A stretch of 64,000 bases of DNA from Parcubacteria group bacterium (GCA_041671525.1 JBAZBJ010000001.1:9638-73637), one strand, 5' to 3'; positions 44,527-54,267 are shown, counted from the first letter of the stretch. Made by a program: numbers and translations. The notes: a model not told the origin generated them from the letters alone.

Positions 44527-46536
44527 ATGATTAGTAATACTTCAAAATTAAAAATTTTTGGCATAATCAATGAGATCTTTCACAACAGATTCTTTTTATT
44601 AGTGTTTTTTGGTCTAATCTTTGTCTCGCTAAACTGGTTTTTTGTTGGAAATCTTTTTCCAGATCCTGATGTTTTAAACCTTTGGTTTTATTCGGGTATT
44701 TTTATGGTTTTATTTTCACTTCTTTTTATCGAGCCTTACTATACTTCTCCCAAAAATGTAATTACAAATGCCGTTCCATTATTACTTGTTTTTCTTTCAA
44801 TAAAAAGCAGTTTTGAAAATAAATTTCCATGGTGGCTTGCAATGACTATTCTTCTGTCGCTTCTAATTGCGTCAATAGTTGCGATTGCCTTAGAGGATAA
44901 AAACAAAAGCCCCGAACACAACAAAAATAAGATTGCCGAATGGTTAAAAAATTTTGTTGTTTTGTTTGGTCAAGGCAAAATTTTATATTCAGCAGTTTTC
45001 CTTTATTTTCTTTTTACGTATTATTCAACGCAAAACACCTATACATTAATTTTGCTTATCATTTGGTTTTTTATTTTAGCAATAGATCCAAAAAAGATAA
45101 AAAGCACATTTATTATAAATACCAAAGAATTATCTGAGAATGCAATCGGTGAAATTTTTGGTGTTCAATCCAAGAAGATTTTCCTGGTTAAACTTTTTGA
45201 TGATAGGAAGGGTATTTTGAAATTTGATATTGTTAAGTTTAGGTATTCAATGCAAGATTCAAATGATTTTTTAATGTCAGGTATTGTTTTTGATACGTAT
45301 CTGCTTAATCAAGAGAAATGGGCAAAGATTCTACAATTAGGCAAAATAGCAAAAAACAGCTCTGGTTCTGAAAAAAATGTTGTCTATAAAGTATCCGATA
45401 AGGAAGAAATCTCTACCTTAGAAAAAGAACTGCGTACAGACAATTTTGTAGGTATAGTGATTGAGGGTTCAAATATAGGAAAGATTAAATTTGAATACTC
45501 AAAAAAACAAGATGATCTACAAGAGGGAGATTTGGTTGAATTAAGAACCAATGGTAGAAGATTATTTTATCAAGTAGTTAATGGCGTCACTGAAAAAGAA
45601 AGTCTTGAACATCGAAATGAAACTGGTTTTATCAAGGGCGAGGCAATTCAACTCGGAGAATGGATAAATGACGAGCTGTCCTTTCAAAAGTATGGTTGGG
45701 TTCCATCTATTAATATCCCAATTTTTAAAGCGGATACGTCCGATATTGAGGTAAAAAGTTTTAAATATCCTGATTACAAACTCGGAATAATTCCGAATAC
45801 ATCATTGCCATCCGTTATTAATTTGGCTGATGCTGTTAGTCACCATATGGCACTTCTTGGGGTCACTGGATCAGGAAAATCTTTTCTTGCGCGCGAAATT
45901 ATAAATCAACTCAAGCAAGACACTAAGGTTATTTGCATTGATTTTACTGGTGAATGGGAAAAAGAATTGAATAAATATGATATCAAAAATACACTATTAG
46001 GTGGTGCGAATATTAATAATTTTTTGGAAAATGATGAAGGAAAAGTTGGTATTGTTGGATTGTCAGCCATGTCTAATACTTCTGAAGTAATACAGCAAAC
46101 AGAAAAACTATTTGAAACTATATTTAATTTTGCAAAAGAAAAATACAATCAAAACACGCCGGTTAAAATATCATTAGTACTCGAAGAGGCACACACTATT
46201 ACTCCGGAAACTTCCTTTTTGGGAGACCTTGGAGATTATGGATCCAATAAAGCTTTAGTTAATAAGATGAGTCAGGTTGCTTTGCAAGGAAGAAAATATG
46301 GAGTTGGAATGATGATTATTGCTCAAAGAACTGCAAATGTCTCCAAAACAGTTTTGACTCAATGCAACACAGTAATTTGTTTTCAAGCATTTGACGAAAC
46401 TAGTTTTAATTTCTTAGGAAACTATGTTGGCAAGGATCTTGTTTCAACTCTTCCAAATTTAAAACAATATCATGCAATTGTTACTGGCAAGGCAATAAAA
46501 TCAAATGTCCCTATGATTATTGATCTAAAAAGATAA
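44527..46536 (+). CDS. membrane-anchored HerA/FtsK-like (DUF87-type) ATPase
   Basis: About 6 N-terminal TM helices; Walker A LLGVTGSGKSF, Walker B ISLVLEEAH, MMIIAQRTANVSK...VICFQ typical of HerA-clade ATPases. Confidence 0.65.
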   Translation: MISNTSKLKIFGIINEIFHNRFFLLVFFGLIFVSLNWFFVGNLFPDPDVLNLWFYSGIFMVLFSLLFIEPYYTSPKNVITNAVPLLLVFLSIKSSFENKFPWWLAMTILLSLLIASIVAIALEDKNKSPEHNKNKIAEWLKNFVVLFGQGKILYSAVFLYFLFTYYSTQNTYTLILLIIWFFILAIDPKKIKSTFIINTKELSENAIGEIFGVQSKKIFLVKLFDDRKGILKFDIVKFRYSMQDSNDFLMSGIVFDTYLLNQEKWAKILQLGKIAKNSSGSEKNVVYKVSDKEEISTLEKELRTDNFVGIVIEGSNIGKIKFEYSKKQDDLQEGDLVELRTNGRRLFYQVVNGVTEKESLEHRNETGFIKGEAIQLGEWINDELSFQKYGWVPSINIPIFKADTSDIEVKSFKYPDYKLGIIPNTSLPSVINLADAVSHHMALLGVTGSGKSFLAREIINQLKQDTKVICIDFTGEWEKELNKYDIKNTLLGGANINNFLENDEGKVGIVGLSAMSNTSEVIQQTEKLFETIFNFAKEKYNQNTPVKISLVLEEAHTITPETSFLGDLGDYGSNKALVNKMSQVALQGRKYGVGMMIIAQRTANVSKTVLTQCNTVICFQAFDETSFNFLGNYVGKDLVSTLPNLKQYHAIVTGKAIKSNVPMIIDLKR

Positions 46537-46544
46537 TAGCTTAT

Positions 46545-48062
46545 ATGAAATTATCAAAAACAAACTTTCTGATATGCCTCGATTGTGCAAAAAATGCTTG
46601 GTTGAAAATTCACAAGCCGGAGGTATATAAGAAAAAGGCACTTTCTTCTTTTGAGTTGAATATTATTGATACCGGAAATCAAATTGATGAACTTGCACGT
46701 GGTCTTTTCCCCGGTGGAATTCTTGTTGAAAACCGCGATGATGCAGAACGTACAAGAAAGCTCTTGAAAGAAAAGACTGCTGTGATTTATCAGCCTGTTT
46801 TTGCAACTGAAAAATATCTTGCAGTCGCTGATATTTTCGTCTTTAACACGAATACAAATGCTTATGATCTATATGAGGTGAAATCATCAACAATTTCGGA
46901 AGAGAGTGGGGGAAGAAAAACTGAAGATTATTTGATAGACATGGCTTTTCAAAAGAATGTTCTGAATGATTTGAGTATTGAGGTTGGAACTCTTAATTTG
47001 ATTAGGCTTAATAAAAAATATGTTCGTTCTGGCGACATTAACTTAAAAGAACTATTTTTTATAGAGGACTTAACTAATAAGGTAAATGAGAAACTAAAGG
47101 ATATTAAGCAGAAAATGGAAGGAGCCTATGAGCTGTTATCCAGCGAAGATGAGCCAAGGGGCAATTGCGATTGTATCTTGAAAGGAAAAAATGCGCATTG
47201 TACTACTTCTTGGTATTCAAATTCTGATTTGCCAGAATATTCCGTTCATTCAATTTCAAGAATCGGCACTAACAAGAAAAAATTGGCCGAGTTGGTGGAC
47301 GGTGGAATTTTAAGTATTTATGATGTGCCTGCTGATTTCAAATTATCTGACAATCAAAGAAGGCAGGTGGATACGGCGCAGTCTGGCAAGGAATATATTG
47401 ATAAAAAAGGCATTGCTGAATTTTTAGGAACGATGAAATATCCATTGTCATTTCTTGATTATGAAACATACCCATCAGCTTTGCCAAGATATAATGGGTA
47501 CAGTCCATATCAGCAAATAACTTTTCAATTTTCACTGCATGTGATTGACTCACACGAGAGCGAATTGGAACATTATGATTTTATCTATACCGATCAAGGT
47601 TGTCCTGATGAAAGTTTTGCAAAAGCACTGGAAAAGCATCTCCCTAAAACAGGAAGTGTTATTGTTTGGAATCAGAGTTTTGAAAAAAGCAGAAATGAGG
47701 AAATCGGGAAGCACTTGCCGGAGTATCGTAATTTTATGCAAAGTGTAAACAATAGAGTTGTTGACCTGATGATTCCATTTTACGGAAAAACCACAATGTA
47801 TGATCATCCAGAATTCAAGGGAAGTGCTTCAATAAAATATGTTTTGCCGGCTCTTGTTCCTCATCTTTCATATAAAGATTTGCATATTCAAGAAGGTGGT
47901 ACCGCATCAGATACTTGGAATCGCATTGTGTCAGGGGAATATTCTGAAGATGAAAAAAATATGAAAGTGCAGGCGCTCAAAAATTATTGCCATCTTGATA
48001 CTTTAGCTATGGTTGAAATTTGGAGGAAGTTGAAATCAGTTAAAAAAGATTTTTTAGAATAA
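46545..48062 (+). CDS. DUF2779-like protein: Cas4/RecB-like PD-(D/E)xK nuclease + RNase-H-fold (DEDD-like) exonuclease
   Basis: N-terminus MKLSKTNFLICLDCAKNAWLK; ADIFVF...YDLYEVKSS; Cys cluster CLDC...CDCILKGKNAHC; FLDYETY, VWNQSFEKSRNEE, HLDTLAM. Confidence 0.55.
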   Translation: MKLSKTNFLICLDCAKNAWLKIHKPEVYKKKALSSFELNIIDTGNQIDELARGLFPGGILVENRDDAERTRKLLKEKTAVIYQPVFATEKYLAVADIFVFNTNTNAYDLYEVKSSTISEESGGRKTEDYLIDMAFQKNVLNDLSIEVGTLNLIRLNKKYVRSGDINLKELFFIEDLTNKVNEKLKDIKQKMEGAYELLSSEDEPRGNCDCILKGKNAHCTTSWYSNSDLPEYSVHSISRIGTNKKKLAELVDGGILSIYDVPADFKLSDNQRRQVDTAQSGKEYIDKKGIAEFLGTMKYPLSFLDYETYPSALPRYNGYSPYQQITFQFSLHVIDSHESELEHYDFIYTDQGCPDESFAKALEKHLPKTGSVIVWNQSFEKSRNEEIGKHLPEYRNFMQSVNNRVVDLMIPFYGKTTMYDHPEFKGSASIKYVLPALVPHLSYKDLHIQEGGTASDTWNRIVSGEYSEDEKNMKVQALKNYCHLDTLAMVEIWRKLKSVKKDFLE

Positions 48063-48063
48063 T

Positions 48064-48798
48064 ATGAGAAATGAAGAATTAAGTGATAAAACAATAAATG
48101 AAATATGCAAACTCCCTTGTCGCATGTGTGATTTAGGGACTAATCATATTGTTTTAAAATCAATCGAAAATCATTGGTTAGAGGATGAGGCGGAGATATA
48201 TGGATGGGATAAATTTGAAATTGTGAAGTGTCAAGGATGTGATCAAATATCTTTTCGTTCCATAACGAGTTGTTCAGAGGATTATGCTACTGACTGTGAG
48301 ACTGGGGATATGATTTATTTAGAGCGTGAGAAGCTTTATCCTGGTAGGATTATTGGGAGAAAAAGCCTGGATGATGTTTATTTTTTGCCATTTGAAATAA
48401 GGGGTATGTATAACGAGACGCATGGAGCTATGTGTGCCAAACTAAATGTTTTATCGGGGGCAGGAGTAAGAATTTTAGTTGAATCAATATGCAAACAACA
48501 GAATGCAGAAGGTAAAGACCTAGAAAAAAGAATTGATGATTTAGTCTTAAAGGGGGTATTAACAAATCAAGAAGCTGAAACTTTGCACGGCACGAGAATG
48601 TTAGGAAATAGATCTGTGCATGAAATTATTACTCCGAAGGATGTTGAGTTGGATATTGCAATGGATATTGTAGAGAATTTAATTAGAAAGGTTTATATAA
48701 TACCGAAAAAAGCGGAAAAACTTCCAAAGCGAATAAATAGAAAAATAGCTCCGAAGGTTGAACCTTCGGAAAAAATAGATGAGGAAATAGCTAAGTAA
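48064..48798 (+). CDS. zinc-ribbon + DUF4145-like protein
   Basis: CRMCDLGTNH...CQGCDQISF ribbon; C-terminal helical domain ...AGVRILVESICK...LHGTRMLGNRSVHE resembling DUF4145. Confidence 0.5.
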   Translation: MRNEELSDKTINEICKLPCRMCDLGTNHIVLKSIENHWLEDEAEIYGWDKFEIVKCQGCDQISFRSITSCSEDYATDCETGDMIYLEREKLYPGRIIGRKSLDDVYFLPFEIRGMYNETHGAMCAKLNVLSGAGVRILVESICKQQNAEGKDLEKRIDDLVLKGVLTNQEAETLHGTRMLGNRSVHEIITPKDVELDIAMDIVENLIRKVYIIPKKAEKLPKRINRKIAPKVEPSEKIDEEIAK

Positions 48799-48829
48799 TG
48801 CTGCTTACCTGGATAAGCGAATATTCTGC

Positions 48830-48920
48830 GGTTTGTGCGAATTTCGGCGAGGGTAGTGGCGATTTACCCGAATAGACCACGAAAGTCACCCGTAGGCCAA
48901 AATTTGGCGAAATAGGCGCT
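48830..48920 (+). repeat. inter-module repeat copy 2
   Basis: Core cccgtaggccaaaatttggcgaaata (48889-48914) plus upstream tagtggcgatttacccgaatagacc segment shared with copies 3 and 4. Confidence 0.7.
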
Positions 48921-48975
48921 GAAATCTTCAATTGTATTCAGGATAATATTTATTCGGGTCAATTTTATTTTTTTG

Positions 48976-48984
48976 TGGTATAAT
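48976..48984 (+). promoter_or_regulatory. extended -10 promoter element (TGgTATAAT)
   Basis: tggtataat about 40 nt upstream of the 49023 ATG. Confidence 0.5.
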
Positions 48985-49022
48985 TTAAAAAGATTTGTGA
49001 TGTGTATTAAGATAAGAATTTT

Positions 49023-49772
49023 ATGCCACCTAGTGAACGAAATACTAAAATTGTGATTACTGAATCGGGAAACAGATGCGCTTTTTCTTTTGGAAAAGAG
49101 ATTTGCAATGAGATTTTAGTAAAAGAAAATAATGGTGGAGGAGTTGCTTTTATCGGTGATATCGCCCATATAAAGGGTGAAAATGAGGGATCAGCTAGAT
49201 ATGATGAAAATATGGTCAAGGGGGATAGAAATAACTCCGAAAATCTTATGGTGTTGTGTAAAAATCATCATAAGACTATAGATGACCAAGAAGATGTTTA
49301 TACAGTCGAAGTATTATTGAAAATGAAAGACAATCATAGAAAATGGGTAATTGATAAAACCAATAAGGCACTTCCCGAAATAACGTTTATTGAACTTGCG
49401 ACTGTTACTCAATTTTTAATGAGAAACGCATCCCCAGTTGATGTCATAGAGGGAATTTGCCCCAAGGACAAAATTAAAAAGAATGGCTTGAGTGCTGAAG
49501 TTGAAAATCAAATCACGATGGGAATGTCTAGGGTGAGGCTTGTTCAAAATTATATAAGCCAATCACTGGATTCTGAATTCGGTGAAAAACTAAAGCAAGG
49601 ATTTATTACTGAATACGGCAGGTTAATATCTGATGAGAAACTTCAAGGAGATGATGTTTTCGATAGTTTGTTAGATTTTGCTTCAAACAGTAGTGGCGAC
49701 TTTAAGAATAGAGCTGCTGGACTCGCAGTTCTCACATATTTTTTTGAGCAATGTGATATTTTTGAAAAATGA
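49023..49772 (+). CDS. HNH endonuclease effector with C-terminal helical domain (ABC-3C-type effector)
   Basis: GDIAHIKGENEG...NNSENLMVLCKNHHKTID = H-N-H; first gene of a three-gene set ending with a DUF2326-like ATPase. Confidence 0.6.
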   Translation: MPPSERNTKIVITESGNRCAFSFGKEICNEILVKENNGGGVAFIGDIAHIKGENEGSARYDENMVKGDRNNSENLMVLCKNHHKTIDDQEDVYTVEVLLKMKDNHRKWVIDKTNKALPEITFIELATVTQFLMRNASPVDVIEGICPKDKIKKNGLSAEVENQITMGMSRVRLVQNYISQSLDSEFGEKLKQGFITEYGRLISDEKLQGDDVFDSLLDFASNSSGDFKNRAAGLAVLTYFFEQCDIFEK

Positions 49773-49990
49773 TTCTTCCAACAAAACACATACAAACAAA
49801 AAGATCACTTATTGGTATGGGAGCAGGGATACTATCTATGCTCGATAAGCCATATAATGTTTCTTCGTTATGGCACAGGGCTAAAAAGCTTCCAGAGGTA
49901 AGAACATTTGAAACGTTTGTGATAACGTTAGATTTTTTGTTTGCATTGGACGCCATAGGAATGGAAAATGGATTTATAAATAAAAAATAA
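49769..49990 (+). CDS. 73-aa middle component of the three-gene ABC-3C-type set
   Basis: Start overlaps upstream stop (ATGA); small helical protein between effector and ATPase. Confidence 0.5.
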   Translation: MILPTKHIQTKRSLIGMGAGILSMLDKPYNVSSLWHRAKKLPEVRTFETFVITLDFLFALDAIGMENGFINKK

Positions 49991-49996
49991 AAAAAG

Positions 49997-51748
49997 ATGC
50001 GAATTTTTTCAGTAAAATCAGACAGAGAAACATTCAAGGAGGTTATATTGGAACCTGGATTTAATGTTGTATTGGCGGAAAGAACAAAGGAATCTTCAAG
50101 TAGGGATTCAAGAAACGGTCTGGGAAAATCATCACTGATTCATATTATTCGATTTTGTTTGGGCAGTGGTATAAATAAAACTCTTGAGAGCGAGAAGCTT
50201 GCTGATTGGACCTTTACACTAGATATTGAATTGGGAGGTAAAAATTACTCCATATCAAGGAATACCGGAAATAAAAATAAGATTATTATTGATGGTGATT
50301 GCTCTGATTGGCCAATAAGGCCAGAGGTTGATTCTTTTGCTGGCAGAAGTAGGCAAATAATGAGCGTTACTGATTGGGTTAAAGTTTTAGGAAAATTATC
50401 ATTCGATATGAATTTTTCATATCCTGATTTTAGTTACGTCCCTACTTTCGGTAGTTGTAGAGCCTATTTTATTAGGAATAGCGAGGAAGGTGGAATGCTA
50501 GATCCATTTAAACAAAGAGGTAACCAATTAGAATGGGACAAACAGATAAACAATGCCTTTTTATTGGGCTTAGACTGGACATATGCAAGTAAATGGCAGG
50601 TTTTGAAAGATAGAAAGAAAATTATAAATCAGCTAAAGAATGAGGCACAAAGTGGGATGCTTAAGGATATGGAGGGAAGCATTGGAGAGCTAGAGGCTAA
50701 AAAGATAAGATTGGAGAATGAAATAGTCAAGCAGGCGGAGCAACTAAAAAATTTCAATGTCCACCCTCAATATCAGGAAATAGAAAGAGAAACTAATGAT
50801 ATTACTGTAAAAATCCACGACCTTTCAAACGATAATATTAGTGATAAAAGTCTTTTGGGTTATTATGAAAATAGCTTTGAAGAGGAAGGGGATGTTGATG
50901 TAAATATCGTAAATAAAGTCTATGAAGAGGCTGGTGTTGTCTTGCCTAATGGTGTTAAAAAAAGACTTGAGGATGTTAAGGAGTTTCATAAAAAAATAAT
51001 TGTTAACAGAAAAGATTTTCTTGTTTCTGAGATTGCTCGATTAAAAGAAAATTTTAGCAGAAGAGATAATGAAAAATTGAATCTATGTGAAAGGCGGAAA
51101 GAATTGTTTGAGATATTGAATTCCCATAAAGCCTTAGATGAATATACGAAAATGCAACAGTATGCGCTGAAATTAACAAGTGAGTTTAATGATATTTCAA
51201 AAAGGATAGATAATCTTAAAAGGTTTGAACAAGGAAAAAGTGCGCTAAAAATAGATTTGGAATTAGTACAACAAGAGGCGAGGGTTAGCTTGGATGAAAG
51301 AAGTGAGATTAAAAATAAAGCCATTAACCAATTTAATGTTAATTCCGAGATACTTTATGAATCTCCAGGAAATCTTTCGATAGATGTTTCTTCGAATGGA
51401 TATGAATTTGGTGTGACCATTGAGAGAGAGGGAAGCCACGGAATAAAAAATATGAAGATTTTATGTTATGATATTATGCTTTCAAAATTGTGGGCCGATA
51501 AGGGGATGTCTTTCCCATTAATTCACGATAGTGTTCTTTTTGCAGATGTGGATGAAAGACAAGTAGCTTTAGCATTGGAATTGGCAGTTAAAGAATCAGA
51601 AAGCAGAGGATTTCAGTATATTTGTACGCTAAACTCAGATACTATTCCTTATAATGACTTCAGTAAAGGATTTGATATAAATAAATTTGTTAGAAAAACA
51701 TTTACAGACTCGAGCGAAGACGGTGGTTTATTTGGTATACGTTTTTAG
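49997..51748 (+). CDS. ABC/SMC-like ATPase with long coiled-coil insert (DUF2326/YydD-like)
   Basis: N-terminal FNVVLAERTKESSSRDSRNGLGKSSLIHII P-loop region, about 250-aa coiled coil, C-terminal PLIHDSVLFADVDERQ (Walker B/D-loop-like). Confidence 0.6.
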   Translation: MRIFSVKSDRETFKEVILEPGFNVVLAERTKESSSRDSRNGLGKSSLIHIIRFCLGSGINKTLESEKLADWTFTLDIELGGKNYSISRNTGNKNKIIIDGDCSDWPIRPEVDSFAGRSRQIMSVTDWVKVLGKLSFDMNFSYPDFSYVPTFGSCRAYFIRNSEEGGMLDPFKQRGNQLEWDKQINNAFLLGLDWTYASKWQVLKDRKKIINQLKNEAQSGMLKDMEGSIGELEAKKIRLENEIVKQAEQLKNFNVHPQYQEIERETNDITVKIHDLSNDNISDKSLLGYYENSFEEEGDVDVNIVNKVYEEAGVVLPNGVKKRLEDVKEFHKKIIVNRKDFLVSEIARLKENFSRRDNEKLNLCERRKELFEILNSHKALDEYTKMQQYALKLTSEFNDISKRIDNLKRFEQGKSALKIDLELVQQEARVSLDERSEIKNKAINQFNVNSEILYESPGNLSIDVSSNGYEFGVTIEREGSHGIKNMKILCYDIMLSKLWADKGMSFPLIHDSVLFADVDERQVALALELAVKESESRGFQYICTLNSDTIPYNDFSKGFDINKFVRKTFTDSSEDGGLFGIRF

Positions 51749-51769
51749 AAATAAAGACAAATCCAGAAA

Positions 51770-51797
51770 ACAAAAATACAGTCATTTTATTTGACTG
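51770..51797 (+). terminator. rho-independent terminator
   Basis: acagtca-ttttatt-tgactgt followed by TTTTTTT. Confidence 0.75.
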
Positions 51798-51820
51798 TTT
51801 TTTTATGTAGCACATAGTCA

Positions 51821-51849
51821 CATGCGAGTTGACTGCCAAGGCTTAAAAG
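51821..51849 (+). promoter_or_regulatory. sigma70-like promoter
   Basis: TTGACT (51821-51826), 17-nt spacer, TAGAAT (51844-51849). Confidence 0.6.
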
Positions 51850-52034
51850 GCTAGAATAAGGCTAACAATTGAATTGGCCTAAACCTTGCTTTTCGGTAAG
51901 GCATGGTCTGAAATCCATGAACATAATAACGGTCTTCTGATCGGTATCATGTTCATGGTCTTATCTCGAAAGGGATATGGGTAGCTCGCAAGGGTTGCCA
52001 CCGACGGGAGACCTTTTTTGTATTCAAAAAAACA

Positions 52035-52256
52035 ATGGATGATCAACGCAAAAGAAATTTGGAATTTCAAATGGATAGTGGGGAATTGCACGCACAGATG
52101 GCAACAGTGTTGAATTTGGTCAGGGAGGATGCGACTTCGAAAGGTTGGAATCAGAAACACGAAGAAATGCTCAGAGGAACCATCGAGGATCTGATGTTTA
52201 TACATGATCATTACAACCTGTTTTTCAAACCGAAAAAACATCAGAATTACGAATAA
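52035..52256 (+). CDS. hypothetical 73-aa protein downstream of a long structured leader
   Basis: ORF only; no motif. Confidence 0.35.
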   Translation: MDDQRKRNLEFQMDSGELHAQMATVLNLVREDATSKGWNQKHEEMLRGTIEDLMFIHDHYNLFFKPKKHQNYE

Positions 52257-52263
52257 TGGACTT

Positions 52264-52365
52264 TGCGCGATTTTGGCACATTTAAGCAAATTACAACCCT
52301 AGTGGCATATTTGATCGGACGAGGAGCAAAAACAGCTTGTAGGGCAGAATTTGGCGAAATACGGA
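52264..52365 (+). repeat. inter-module repeat copy 3
   Basis: Core cttgtagggcagaatttggcgaaata (52336-52361) and upstream tagtggcatatttgatcgg segment. Confidence 0.65.
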
Positions 52366-52509
52366 CAACCCTCGATGTTTTTTGATGGTTTTTCTAATTT
52401 TATATTTGACGAATAAAAGAGTCGAACTTTTTGAATGTGTTTGCTTGAATAAATCTAGGCTTAATGATATTATAAAATCAAGTAAAAAGGCCTAATATAT
52501 AGCAAAATT

Positions 52510-53154
52510 ATGAAATTGTTGCTGACATCCACAGGATTTACAAATCAAAAAATACGAGACTTTTTTGTTTCTCAATTTGACGCACTTGAAAATAAGAAAG
52601 CTTGCTTGATTTATACAATAAGACAGGAAGGTGATTGGCAGTGGGTTGAACGTTATGATAGCGAACTGAAAGAGATAGGCTTGCAATATGACGGTGTAAA
52701 TATTTCAGAGGAAAAAGATCTGTCTGATTTACAGGAATATGACATTTATTATGTTTGTGGCGGTAATACTTTTTACATACTTGGTAGACTTAGAAAAACT
52801 AACCTAGACAAGGTTATTTTGAAGGCGGTTGAAGAAGGAAAATTTTATGTTGGTGTGAGTGCAGGTTCTATTGTTGTAGGCCCTGATATTGAAGTTGCTG
52901 GGATTGGTGAAGGAGATGAAAATGACATCAATCTTTCTGATTTAAGCGGATTTAATTGGGTGCCCTTTCATATTTCTCCTCATTATACAGAACAAGACAA
53001 AAACGATGTTGAGGAATTTTATAATAAAAGAAAAGAATCACTAATAGCACTCACGGATGACCAAGCATTGTTTGTAACTGACAAAGAAGTGTTGCTTGTT
53101 GGAAATAAAGGCGTGACTGAGTTATCTGAACTTAATATTATAGACGAAGAATAA
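52510..53154 (+). CDS. peptidase S51 (dipeptidase E-like)
   Basis: MKLLLTSTGF, YVCGGNTFYIL, YVGVSAGSIV (nucleophile Ser), FHISPHY. Confidence 0.75.
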   Translation: MKLLLTSTGFTNQKIRDFFVSQFDALENKKACLIYTIRQEGDWQWVERYDSELKEIGLQYDGVNISEEKDLSDLQEYDIYYVCGGNTFYILGRLRKTNLDKVILKAVEEGKFYVGVSAGSIVVGPDIEVAGIGEGDENDINLSDLSGFNWVPFHISPHYTEQDKNDVEEFYNKRKESLIALTDDQALFVTDKEVLLVGNKGVTELSELNIIDEE

Positions 53155-53179
53155 TAAAAAATATAAATTTATTTCTATT

Positions 53180-53665
53180 ATGTTTGGAGAATCAAAAAAT
53201 ATTATACCGCTTGGAAAAGGACTTGAATTGCAAGAAAAAAAGGAGCAACAGAATGTCGAAAGTATAAGGGCTGGAATCGCTAATCTTCAAGATGGAAAAG
53301 AAAAATTTGAAGAGTGGCAAAGAATTGCTCTTGAGCATGGTGATGAGCAGAATGCTCTTCTGTATGAAGTTGAAGCACTCGAAAATGAAATGCTCATTAT
53401 GGAAGGTGAGATTCTTTGCAGCGAATCTGATATTATGCAAATTGAAAGATGGCAGCAACATTTCAGTCATGTGATGGATGTAGATAGTAAACGTGAAGCG
53501 GAAGAGCGTATTGATGACATTGATTCTGAACTGGAATTCATATCTGATTATTTGGATTCGTTGCTTGAGGACGTTAATGCTGACGAAATAAAAAAGCAAA
53601 AAATTCAAGAACTATTAAAGAAGAAAGAAAGGTTGGAGGTTGAGAGATTAAATTATTCTAAATAA
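53180..53665 (+). CDS. hypothetical acidic coiled-coil protein
   Basis: 161-aa E/Q/L-rich ORF. Confidence 0.4.
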   Translation: MFGESKNIIPLGKGLELQEKKEQQNVESIRAGIANLQDGKEKFEEWQRIALEHGDEQNALLYEVEALENEMLIMEGEILCSESDIMQIERWQQHFSHVMDVDSKREAEERIDDIDSELEFISDYLDSLLEDVNADEIKKQKIQELLKKKERLEVERLNYSK

Positions 53666-53670
53666 TAAAC

Positions 53671-54264
53671 ATGAAGACAATTATTTTTGATTTTGATGGT
53701 GTAATTCATGATACTTTTGAATTGGCATATAAAATTAACGTTGAGCTTTTTGGCAAGCAATTGACTGAAGAAAATTACAGAGATTTTTTCAATGGGAATA
53801 TTTTTGAAAGTGCAAAGGTTACCAAGGATGATAATGATAAATTTTTCAAATTGCAAAATGAAGCATTTAAGTATTTAAAGATAGACGAAAGTATTAAACA
53901 GCATCTAGAAAAATTAGCTGAAGAGTATTCATTGTTCATCATTTCTTCCAATCAAGAAGAGGCACTGGACACCTATTTTCAAAATAATAATTTCACTCAT
54001 ATCTTCAAGGAAATATTAGGAGCAGAAACGCATCAATCTAAAGTGGAAAAATTCAAGTATCTATTTGAGAAATATAACCTAGAGGCTGATGATTGTATTT
54101 TTGTTACAGATACGTTGGGTGATATATTGGAGGGCAATAAAGTAGGCGTCAGAACAATTGCGGTAGATTTTGGTTTTCACAAACGAGACAGACTTGAAAA
54201 GGGAAAACCTTTCAGGATAGTCTCAAGTTTTGATGAAATATTAGAAGTAATAAAAAACGTGTAA
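53671..54264 (+). CDS. HAD-superfamily hydrolase
   Basis: Motif I IIFDFDGVIHDT, motif II IISSN, motif IV FVTDTLGD. Confidence 0.75.
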   Translation: MKTIIFDFDGVIHDTFELAYKINVELFGKQLTEENYRDFFNGNIFESAKVTKDDNDKFFKLQNEAFKYLKIDESIKQHLEKLAEEYSLFIISSNQEEALDTYFQNNNFTHIFKEILGAETHQSKVEKFKYLFEKYNLEADDCIFVTDTLGDILEGNKVGVRTIAVDFGFHKRDRLEKGKPFRIVSSFDEILEVIKNV

Positions 54265-54267
54265 AAT

